From NCBI GenBank assembly GCA_001780985.1, contig MFJV01000001.1, positions 300,049 through 364,048 of the forward strand: DNA of 64,000 nt, written 5' to 3'. Positions within the stretch are counted from its first letter, which is position 1, and every line of letters starts with the position of its first letter. Positions 51,135 through 61,000 of the stretch are shown one piece after another. Below the pieces are notes generated by a model. It saw nothing but the letters and a program-made list of their open reading frames with translations, was not told the DNA's origin and ran no database searches. The translations under genes and the position numbers were made by a program. This stretch comes from Candidatus Gottesmanbacteria bacterium RIFCSPLOWO2_01_FULL_43_11b. GTDB lineage: Bacteria; Patescibacteriota; Microgenomatia; UBA10105; UBA927.

Positions 51135-52844
51135 ATGTCTTCAAAATTTTTGATCTCATTCCTCTTTGTCATTGCCTTTCTCCTCCGCCTTCTCCTTGTT
51201 CCCAATCCTGGTTTTGAGGCGGATGTATCATTCTGGAAGTCGTGGGGGCTTGCAACGAGAGATTTTGGCATTGTCGAGGGTATCAAGCAAACGAACAATA
51301 ACTACCCTACTCCCTTTGCCTACACATTGGGGCTCATGGTGAAGCTCTATAGTCTGTTTGCCGATCCGCATAATTTTAACGAATTTTGGCAAAATACCAA
51401 TCTCACGTTTTTAGCCATAAGTAAACTCTTTCCAATTCTTGCTGATCTGGGTATCGCGGCGATTATTTTATACATGGGCCAAAATACCCTCTCTTTGCTT
51501 TTGGCAGTTTTCTACTTATTCAATCCCGTTTCTTTAATTGATGGCGCCTGGTGGGGACAAGTTGACTCCCTCGGCGTATTTATATTTCTTATCGCACTTC
51601 TTCTGTCGCTCAAACGGCAGCCTTTTTGGGCTGGCGCTGTTTTCATGTTATCGATGATGACGAAATTACAGAACATGATTTACGGCCCACTTTTCTTCCT
51701 CTTCATCTGGCAATCTCTTGGATTTGACGGGTTAAGAAAAGCGATACTTGGTGCAACGGTTGGATTTTTTGGGTTGAATATTGAGTTCTTTTTGTCAAAA
51801 AATATGGACCGGGTGATCGCGTCATTAACGTCTAACTACGACTACTTCCCTTGGATGAGCCTCAATGCGTTTAACGTTTGGTGGATTGTTTCAGGAGGCC
51901 ATGGCATGCAGGTATCCGATAAACTACTGGCAATCGGGATTGTCAACGCCAAAACCGTTGGGCTTCTTATGTTTTCCAGCTTTTATCTTTTCGCATTAGT
52001 CCGACAACGGAAAAATCTGCAGAGTTTTTTGGAAAGTTTAATCATTGTCAATGCATCGTTTTTCCTGTTCATGACCGAATCCCATGACCGATATCTCTTC
52101 CCTACATCCGTATTTCTTCTTCTCTGGGCGCCATTTTATAAAAATTTCCGCGTGTTCTCTGTCTTTTATATTCTTTTTTCTCTCGTCTATTTCTACAACC
52201 TCCATAGCGCCCTCGTCTTTAACTACCCAAATAACGGTCTACCGGGGCTTTCCCAATTAATACAACCCACCGTAACAATCACCGCATCGGTCTTACTTAT
52301 CGCGCTATTTGTTATATTTCTTCTCTTTCTCACTCGTTATTCTCTTGCTGTCTTTGCTGTAATTGTTTTAGGAATCACTGCCCTCAACTTTCCTTTATAC
52401 GCCAAACAGCCTATGTCTTTAACAAAATTCACTCCCTACATTAGCACTCAGGATTTTGGTAGCAGGCAAACCAACAAATCAGTCAACAGCAGTTACGGCA
52501 TCAACAGTTGGAATCGTCTTTCCGTCCAGTACATGTTCTATAAGAAAGGCATAGGAACGCACACAAACTCCCGTCATGTCTTTGCTATAAACAGCAAATT
52601 TAAGCGTTTCTCAACTGATTTCGGCGTCGATACGGAATCAGGACCTCAGGCTTCCGTTATTTTTGAAATCTATGGGGACGACAAACTTCTCTTTCGATCC
52701 GAAACAATGAAAAAATACGATTATCCCCGTCATACGGAAGTCAATATCGAAGGGATTAAGTTTCTATCGCTTGTTACAACAGATGCGGGAGATGGAAATA
52801 TCGATGATCATACTGATTGGTTGAACCCAATGCTGTATCCATGA
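51135..52844 (+). CDS. GT-C (GT87/ALG6-like) membrane protein fused to a C-terminal NPCBM/NEW2 domain
   Basis: NYP, K...ILAD, WGQVDS, HDRY; KGIGTH..FGVD..SVIFEIYGD..DAGDG..DH.DW; TATGAT 6 nt upstream. Confidence 0.8.
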   Translation: MSSKFLISFLFVIAFLLRLLLVPNPGFEADVSFWKSWGLATRDFGIVEGIKQTNNNYPTPFAYTLGLMVKLYSLFADPHNFNEFWQNTNLTFLAISKLFPILADLGIAAIILYMGQNTLSLLLAVFYLFNPVSLIDGAWWGQVDSLGVFIFLIALLLSLKRQPFWAGAVFMLSMMTKLQNMIYGPLFFLFIWQSLGFDGLRKAILGATVGFFGLNIEFFLSKNMDRVIASLTSNYDYFPWMSLNAFNVWWIVSGGHGMQVSDKLLAIGIVNAKTVGLLMFSSFYLFALVRQRKNLQSFLESLIIVNASFFLFMTESHDRYLFPTSVFLLLWAPFYKNFRVFSVFYILFSLVYFYNLHSALVFNYPNNGLPGLSQLIQPTVTITASVLLIALFVIFLLFLTRYSLAVFAVIVLGITALNFPLYAKQPMSLTKFTPYISTQDFGSRQTNKSVNSSYGINSWNRLSVQYMFYKKGIGTHTNSRHVFAINSKFKRFSTDFGVDTESGPQASVIFEIYGDDKLLFRSETMKKYDYPRHTEVNIEGIKFLSLVTTDAGDGNIDDHTDWLNPMLYP

Positions 52845-55054
52845 AAGATAATAAACGAAAAGTGAGTCAAAATTTTTCGCGCGCAATCATCCGAGTCAGC
52901 GAGGGCGTGAGCACGAAAAAATTTTGGGCGAACTTTGTGGGATTCGCACTCCTTCTTTTTTCCATAGGCTTTAACCTGTGGATCTACCGCCTCGAACCCA
53001 CTGCAAAAGTAGATCCGAATGATAATCATTTTCAATTTGCATTAGTTGATCGGACGAACCAAATCTTTGATTTTGCACCTAAAAATTGTTCAAAAAAATT
53101 GTCATTTGTCATTTGTCATTTGTCATTTCTTATTGATCACTGGGTGCCCAATTGGGCTGAAGGCTATAACCTCCCCTACTACTATTCCCACATCCCTCAA
53201 ATTGCTATCGTCGCTTTCTGGCGTTCGTTACATATCGGATCTTTATTTCAGTTTTATCATTGGGTTATTTATTTTCTTCTCTCTCTATTTCCACTTTCTT
53301 TATTTCTTGCACTTCGTATCACAGGACTTTCCTGGATAACAGCCGGGGTCGGAGCATTAATAGGATCTCAAATCTCTACCGACGGCTTCTACGGCCTGGA
53401 TCCAGCTTCATTCCTCTGGCGCGGGTACGGGCTTTCAAGCCAACTCTTTGCCATGGTTTTCTTACCGCTTGCAATTGCATTTGCTCTACGAGGCAAAGTG
53501 ATTCCAACGATCCTCACACTTGCCGCTACCACCGCCGGACATCTTGGAATCGGTATTATTGCATTCATAAGTGTTGGTATTGTAGGATTCCGAAAAGTTT
53601 TGTGGATTTGGGTGGGCGCGGGACTGCTCCTTGCCTACTGGATTATTCCGGCATATCTTCACAATAATTACCATAATTTCTCTGTCTGGGATCCTATCTG
53701 GAAATTTGATTCGTATGGTGCAAAAGAGGTCATCACAAGACTCTTTAACGGCAACCTATTCGACTTCGGAAGATTCCCAATTTTGACAATACTTGTATTG
53801 GTGGGATTGTTTGTAAACCGAAATTTTGCCATTCTATTTATTTTTTGGGTGCTCATGTATTTCGGAAGAACAACGTGGGGGTCACTCATCGACCTTGTTC
53901 CCTTTTTGAAAGAATTTCACCAATCTCGCTTTATCGTCGGAATTCACCTAGCCGGATTGTTTCTTATTCCGATTGGTTTCCAATTTCTCTTTCAAAAATT
54001 AAAAAATATCTTTCTTGTTATCCCTATAATTATTTTATTTATTTTCATGATTTATCCCCAAACGACGCGCTATGCTAAACATAACGATTTTTTGATTAAC
54101 CGCGGCAATGCGGACTATCAAAAAGTGGAAGATGACGTGGATTCTTTATTCTTAAATCTTAAATCTTACCTCTCTGCCCGCCCGGGGAGGGTATTTGCAG
54201 GGAGAGGAGGATCTTGGGGACGTGATTTTCGCGTTGCTGAAACCCCCTATTACATGTTCCTTTCTACACATGGAATTTCAACAGTTTTATGGATGCCGGA
54301 AACATGGTCACCAAGCTCTGATACCGAACAGTTCTTCAGTGAAAATCAACCGAAAGATTACGTTCTATTTAATATTAGATACGTAGTAGCGCCACCCAAT
54401 CAACAACCGCAATCATTCTGGAAATTACTCAAAGAGTCACCCACCTGGAAACTCTATGAAGTTGAAACGGAAGGCTACATATCCTCCGGAGTTCGTCCGG
54501 CTATTGTCAGCAGTTCGAAAGAAAACTTTATTAATCTTGTCCACTTATGGATCCAATCAGACTATCACAAGCAAGGTCTTTACCCGCAGTTAATCTTTGA
54601 CAAAGACTATCCAAAAAATTACGGCCTGCCGAATTTCAGAATGCTCGACGAAGTTACCTATAAAGTTCCGGACGGAAGCACCCACAATCTCTTTTCCGAA
54701 GTTCCCAGTTATATGTTGTCAGTTGACAGTTATCAGTTACCAAAAATTCTTTCTCAGGAATCGGACTCTGATATGGTCTTTAAAGCCAAAGTTGAGGTCA
54801 AAGAAGACTGTAAAGAATGTATTGTCATCCTCAAGCAAACCTTCCACCCGTCCTGGCGTGCCACCATCGATGGTAAGCCTGTCGAACCCATCACCGCCTT
54901 CCCCTTCTTTACCGCGGTCAAACTGGAATCAGCGGGAACACACGAAGTCATCTTTTCCTACCAACCATCGGGGATCAAAATAGCGCTCCTTATCGTTTCC
55001 GTCATCAGTCTGGGCGCTCTCTTCGCCCTCACTTCTACTGGCCAGAACCAGTGA
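52841..55054 (+). CDS. YfhO / PTPS-related polytopic membrane protein (GT-C-like)
   Basis: DHW.P.WAEGY.L..YY; C-terminal FHPSWRATIDG..G.HEV.F.Y. Confidence 0.75.
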   Translation: MKDNKRKVSQNFSRAIIRVSEGVSTKKFWANFVGFALLLFSIGFNLWIYRLEPTAKVDPNDNHFQFALVDRTNQIFDFAPKNCSKKLSFVICHLSFLIDHWVPNWAEGYNLPYYYSHIPQIAIVAFWRSLHIGSLFQFYHWVIYFLLSLFPLSLFLALRITGLSWITAGVGALIGSQISTDGFYGLDPASFLWRGYGLSSQLFAMVFLPLAIAFALRGKVIPTILTLAATTAGHLGIGIIAFISVGIVGFRKVLWIWVGAGLLLAYWIIPAYLHNNYHNFSVWDPIWKFDSYGAKEVITRLFNGNLFDFGRFPILTILVLVGLFVNRNFAILFIFWVLMYFGRTTWGSLIDLVPFLKEFHQSRFIVGIHLAGLFLIPIGFQFLFQKLKNIFLVIPIIILFIFMIYPQTTRYAKHNDFLINRGNADYQKVEDDVDSLFLNLKSYLSARPGRVFAGRGGSWGRDFRVAETPYYMFLSTHGISTVLWMPETWSPSSDTEQFFSENQPKDYVLFNIRYVVAPPNQQPQSFWKLLKESPTWKLYEVETEGYISSGVRPAIVSSSKENFINLVHLWIQSDYHKQGLYPQLIFDKDYPKNYGLPNFRMLDEVTYKVPDGSTHNLFSEVPSYMLSVDSYQLPKILSQESDSDMVFKAKVEVKEDCKECIVILKQTFHPSWRATIDGKPVEPITAFPFFTAVKLESAGTHEVIFSYQPSGIKIALLIVSVISLGALFALTSTGQNQ
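52859..52936. repeat. 78-nt imperfect inverted repeat in frame near the gene 5' end
   Basis: AAAGT..CAAAATTTTTCG ... CGAAAAAATTTTG..ACTTT. Confidence 0.6.
53099..53126 (+). repeat. Intragenic perfect heptamer array (TTGTCAT)x4
   Basis: Four exact copies, read as LSFVICHLS. Confidence 0.9.
54143..54170 (+). repeat. Intragenic heptamer array (TCTTAAA)n, degenerate
   Basis: TCTTTAT TCTTAAA TCTTAAA TCTTACC. Confidence 0.55.
54706..54740 (+). repeat. Intragenic heptamer array (CAGTTAT)n, degenerate
   Basis: CAGTTAT ATGTTGT CAGTTGA CAGTTAT CAGTTAC. Confidence 0.65.
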
Positions 55055-58000
55055 GGCTTTCTATCCATTCAAGCTGCAAGAAAGTCCGAATCAGAATCGG
55101 CGGCTCGATATAGCCGATCCCCCATAATACCAATCCGATGCTCAGAACAGATAAGATCGCCGGAACAAGAAATTTGTAAAAAAAGCCGTTTACGTTTACT
55201 TCAAATATTGCTTCGAGCATTTTTTGATATCCTCGAAACCATGCATCAAGTTTCTGTTGTAACCGCAACATTCTTTCTGCTTGTCTTTTTTGATGCAATT
55301 CAATATTTGATATTCCTTCCATCCAATTACCTAATTTCACTCCAAGCTTATTAAGCATTGGTCTAATATGGGGGGCGACATAATGAGCTGCAATGAGTCC
55401 GAGAGCGGCTACCCCTTGCCCAAATAACATATCCGGGTATGGATGCCCACTATAATCATAAACGGAAGTCCCTGGCAGAAAACTCACTGTATAGGCTATA
55501 TAACCCAAGGAGTGTAATGCCTGTATTACCACAATTGTCCCTAAAGACGACCAAAAACTAACGTTATCCGGAATCTGCTTTCCTGTAATCTTCTTAAGAA
55601 CCTCGTTTGCTGCAAAAAACAACAGTCGAAGAGCAATAAACCCTACTGAAACTTCCAACATATCTCCAATATTACTCACCGCCCATGCGAGTGTTGGATT
55701 TGTAGACAACTGTTGAGCCTGGCTAAATGTCAGTCCATCTTCCCTTACAATCGCAGGATTTATTGGTAGCTGATAAGGCATATTCATTTCCACTGGATAT
55801 AACCTCATATAGCGAAAAAGCTCGAGCGTAATCATGGTGAGCCCAATCAAAAACTCAACAGCTCTTGTCGGGATCAAAATATTGTCTAGCAAAGTTGTTA
55901 TAAAATCGGACTTAATTTTATGGTTCTCGAGGATTTTGGAAACAACCGAGGATATTATCGAGACTTTTTCTTGCTCCGTAAATGGTGGTGCACGGTCCTG
56001 GTATTGGCGAGTGAATGCTTCTTCAACGATCGCAGTAACTGTTTCCCGTGCTACTCCCTCCTCCTTCCAGTTTACTTTTGCAAGCACATCAGCAAAATCC
56101 CGCTCAACGACGGCTTGAAGTTGGGTGATTTGGACTTGGAAATTCGGTTGTCGTGATTGTTTTTGGAACAAACCTTTCACCCTCTCCCACGTCCCCTGTA
56201 TGGCATCCCCGATTGCCAGCATCATTTCGGTAGTACGCGGATTGAAAGCATAGATGGATTCGGAAGAGGGTTTTGATACGGATTGCGTTTTCTTGGTTAT
56301 TACAACACCAACCGCAGGAGCACCCATCGATGTCATATGAAATTGACTCCTACTCATGTCAACTGCAAGATCTGTTCCAAGCAGGTATTTCTCATAACTT
56401 CTCGATGACAAAAATTGTGTTTTGTGAAGTTCTTGCGCTTCTGACAATATTTGTCGAAAATCACGTACCCACTGCAACTTCTTTCCTGTTTTTTTCTCTA
56501 GATATTCTTTTGCAACACCAATGGTAAAAATTCCTTTCAGCGGCTCTGCCGGTACAACTGCAATAAATTCGCCGTTTTCAGCAAGTACCTCATCAAGATT
56601 ATGGAAAAATGCCGATAATTCTGTTTCTGAAAGGTGCTCTAGCGTGTGAGATGCAAAGCCTAGGGTAATCTTTCTATCACCCAGAGTCGAAAGAAGCGGA
56701 TTCGTCGCTGACTCGGCAACATTGGCAGTGATAAAGCGAATGTCTTTTCCTTCACGATTAACGCGGGTTTGTGCTTCGGTAATAGAATTTACATTGATGT
56801 CAAACCCTATCAGACTGATATTTAAAGGCAATTTTACAGCCAGTCTGCTTGTCGGATTTGCAAGATCAAATAGGAAATCTCCTTTGTTGGTACCAAACTC
56901 CGCCACCACATCACCGGACGCAAGAGCTGAAAGTTTCCCCCTCTCCACCATCCATAACTCGCTTTTTCCCCAGGAGCCTGCTTTACTCTGGCCGGGGCGA
57001 CGAGATACTGCTACATCAGCATAATCGCTATCATAGTTAGGTGATTCAGTCGATGTCTCTAATGAAGAGGTTCCAGGGCGATAATCGGTTAAAATTTGAA
57101 GAAGCAATGGTTTAAGAGATTCGGGGTTATCGAAGTTCTTCTTGAGCTCTTCAACAAGAGGAGTGCCGAGACGAGCGAGACGATTCATTCCCCGTCGCTC
57201 GAACGGACTCAAATAGTGAGCAAGGAAATCCCAATCGCTATCTGTTGGATTTTGACTATAAAAATCACGAAGTGCAGTAACCGTTCCGCTCCAAACATCT
57301 TGTGCTAATTGTTGTTGAGCAATTGAGAGATTTACTTCATTGTCAGGATCTACTTCCAGTGAAGTGGTATTGGCTTTGAGCGTAAGATCTGTTTTTGCAA
57401 TGACAGAAATTACCGGTGCAATCGGCAAACTTTCACCGGTAAATGTGTAATGCCCTGACCCACCTGCGATAGCGGTTTTTATTGCGGCAATAATCTCATC
57501 CGTTATTTCGATGTTTCTCGGAAGTTCAATGTAGAAATCGCTCCCACTCGGTCGCCAAAAACCGATGTGTGTTTCTTTTCCGATAATATCTGCAATTGCC
57601 GGTACAGACCGATTCAAAATATATCGTAAGAAATCATTTCCGGAAGCATAACCATACTTGTCGTTAATCCATTTGAGTACTCCCGGAACTTCTATTCGTA
57701 ATAAGTTAAAATTCCCTCCTGATTGATTTTCATCTTCAAGGTGGCTAAGTAAATCGGTCCTATCATGGAAGACTTCAATATTGATGTTTTGTTGGATTCT
57801 TAATATATCGACGTCATTGGATAGTACCGGATCAAACAATATCTCTGAGAAGAACTGCAACAAACCCTGATCCCCTTGGACGCTATCAACAATGTCAACC
57901 ATTTCACGGTGATACGTTTTGAGCCTGTTTGCGAGAAGTCCGGCGGAAAGCACAGGTTGAAGTCCGACATCAACAGTATCTGGCACCTCGCGGGTTATGT

Positions 58001-61000
58001 GCACGGATGCAGGTCGATAGACAATGGCGTCCCCTTCTTTGTAAAGGCTTTTGACTTGGTTTGCGGCAGCCTGAACGCGACTAACCAACGCATCATCAAC
58101 TAAGCTTTGTGTGAGAATGCTGAATTCATCACCACCAGTTCGGACTACAATGTAGTCTTCTCCTAATTCTTTTTCAATTGCCGCAATGACGTCATAAATG
58201 AGGTAATCTCCCACAATATTCGAGGGCTGCCCGCCAACATCGTTTGCGCCGCGGATATTCGTGAAGTCAATCGTCAAGGCGTTGTAGCTATTACCAAGGA
58301 GATACCGAAGCACGAATGATCGGAAGACCGGGATAGCTGACCTGTTATTTTTATATTGGGCTTGAACTTCTTCTGTTATAGCAGGGTCTTGCGGCAAGAT
58401 GGCAGAGGGTAAAACTTTCTGGAAACCAGGATCGATTAATCGGCGCTTAATGAACGAGGTAATTTGATCTGCATTTGGGAGGACGCTGAGCTTATCAAAA
58501 TCAATAGAAAGGTTTTCCAGGACTTTTTCTGTCATAGCATCAACCGATGGTGGCGATCGACCGGTCGGCTGAGGAGTTTGCGGTGTCGCTGGAGGCAGAA
58601 GGCTCGGGAAGAATCGCCCGAGAAACTGCCGAATCGGCGCAATCCATCCTTCCCCTACTTTCTGCAATTCCAAAAGCGGCACGGAAAATTCATAGCGTCG
58701 GGTATTACTTCTTTCAATCCAGTCCTCTTTTGTCCCGACCTTTGCGTAATTCCAAAAGACATAACTATCGCTATATCCAAATTCTGCTGAATCACCACCT
58801 TCTGTTTCTATAATCCCGTCGACCCCAATTTCTCGCATAAAAGTCGTAAGCGCGAGATTCGATGGACTTCCTAACCACTGCAGATAGGAATACCCTTGAA
58901 TATACATTGTGCCAAGGAGATATCGAGGGTCAATTTCTGTAAGTTCACCTGACTCAATCCGGTTATAGATCGAATTCAACAAGCGAGTATATTCAGTTTC
59001 ATGATTGGTGTATAAAGCATGAGTCATTCCGGTTAATGATTTAATATGCTCTAAACGCTCTGGCTTGCGCCCAAACCACCAAGAAATGTACGCTTTCACA
59101 AGGGCCGGAGGAACTCTATTTCGGGCATCGAGTAGGGATGCTCGGTAAGGAATAACTGCAGTTACGAAACCTTCGCCCTCCCCTCGTGTTCTTCCGTATA
59201 ATTTTGCTTGCGTTTGATCATCTGTAGTGTATAGACCCACTCCAAGAGTCTGTCCTGCATCTGCATCGTCGTCTAATTCCTCGTCATAGTTTAAACGCAC
59301 TGAAAGCGGCTTTTTTGACCCGTGCCAAAGTACAATCTCGTCAGGCCGTGGAGAATTAATATCAACCGTCAGTGGATCTGTTTGCCCCAAAACAAGAAGG
59401 GGAACAGCTGCATCATTAATGACAATCTCGCTTACTGTGTTTGTGTTATCAAGTTTCTTTCGTATGGTAAAGGTTTTAAAATCAGGAACATTCGTAATAG
59501 GTGCAGTGGTACTCCCCGTGTCTACTCCCTTCTTGCCAAACAAAGATCTGACTCTATTTGCCGCCTCCGCCTTGATAACTCCCTCTAGCTCCCACAGCGC
59601 CTTCCACCAAAACCCAATAAACTCTCGAGTAAGCGAGCGAGATTTCGCTGGCCCCTGGAAATATTCTTCATATACGGCATCGTATGGCCTCAGCGTATCT
59701 CCCGGAAGAATACCTTGGTTTCGTAAACTCAACTCTTTTTCATAATCAGCATTGTGAGCCTGAATCAAACGTAATCTTGTCTGCCACAAATCTACTTTTC
59801 TCTGTGCAGTAGCAGTAAATGGTATAAGAGCTGGCTGAACCTTGACTGCCCCAGAGTTGCTTTGACCACTTGGGTAGTAGTACTCTATTACATTCTTTCC
59901 TATCGTACTTACAACTGGTCTGCCAGACATATACTCACTGTCACTTTGAAAAGAAGTCAAAACTACTACAACAACTATTTTGTCATTCGGCAGTTTCACT
60001 AAAGCAAAATCGTGCGCAACAAATATTTTATCGGCCGGACTGCGAATATTACCAATCATGTTTGCAACAGCATCTTGGTCAACACCTAGGTCAGTACCGC
60101 TTAGCGTCCATTCTGCATCGTCTATAGAAGACGGTGCGGACATGAAAGACCACAAAAGGTTGGTACTTTCATCTGAAAGTCCTAATCGGTCGGAGGCAAA
60201 AAGTTCCAAGAGTTCGCCGAGTGATTTTGCGGTTACTAATCTGGGAGATACGCTAATGTCTGTGATCCCCCAAGAGGAAAAATTATCCTTGAACGTATAT
60301 CCCTGATGAGATTCTACGAATTCTGTAAGAATTTGTGTGGCTTCTTCGTCGTGATTTACAACCATGGCTGATAGTAATTCACGAATATTTTTCGTACTAT
60401 TTTCTGGAATTGCCGCCATAGCTTCTTCAAAAGGCATTCTTTGATTGTCCACCCACCGCAAAACGCTCATGGCAATTGGTATTTTTACGGTAGAAGCAGC
60501 ATGCACCGGAATATCTTCATTTATTTTTATTGTTTTTGATATATTGTCGTCGAGTTCATACACATACACAGACACCAATCCATCTGTCTGAGAAACGGCA
60601 TCTTGAATAGTTGCCGTTAAAGACTGAAAAGCTTGTTGTTCTGCTATTTCTTGAGCATTTTCTACCTCGAGATTGGTTTCATAAATATCTGTTGAAACAA
60701 TATCTCGAACATATTGATAGTATGCAACTGAATCTTCAACATCTTTTTGTTCGTATGTCCATTCACCCTGTCTATATCGCCCATCCCACGTTGGCAAAGC
60801 TCCTTTACCAAGAAGCACGCTATATGTTTTGAGAAACGGTAAATCGACATCAAGTTTTGTATCGACAGGTAGGAAGGTTATACCCTGAATGCCGGCAGTC
60901 AGATGTGCTAGAAGACCGCTAAGCTCGTTGGCATAGCCTACTCGTCTTTTATCTTTCACTATCTGATCACGAACAAGCATTTCGTAGAGAATCCCCTGAT

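Noticed and set aside
59880-60580. Functional antibiotic-resistance beta-lactamase
   Set aside because: SDN and KTG motifs are degenerate and the domain is embedded in a giant protein
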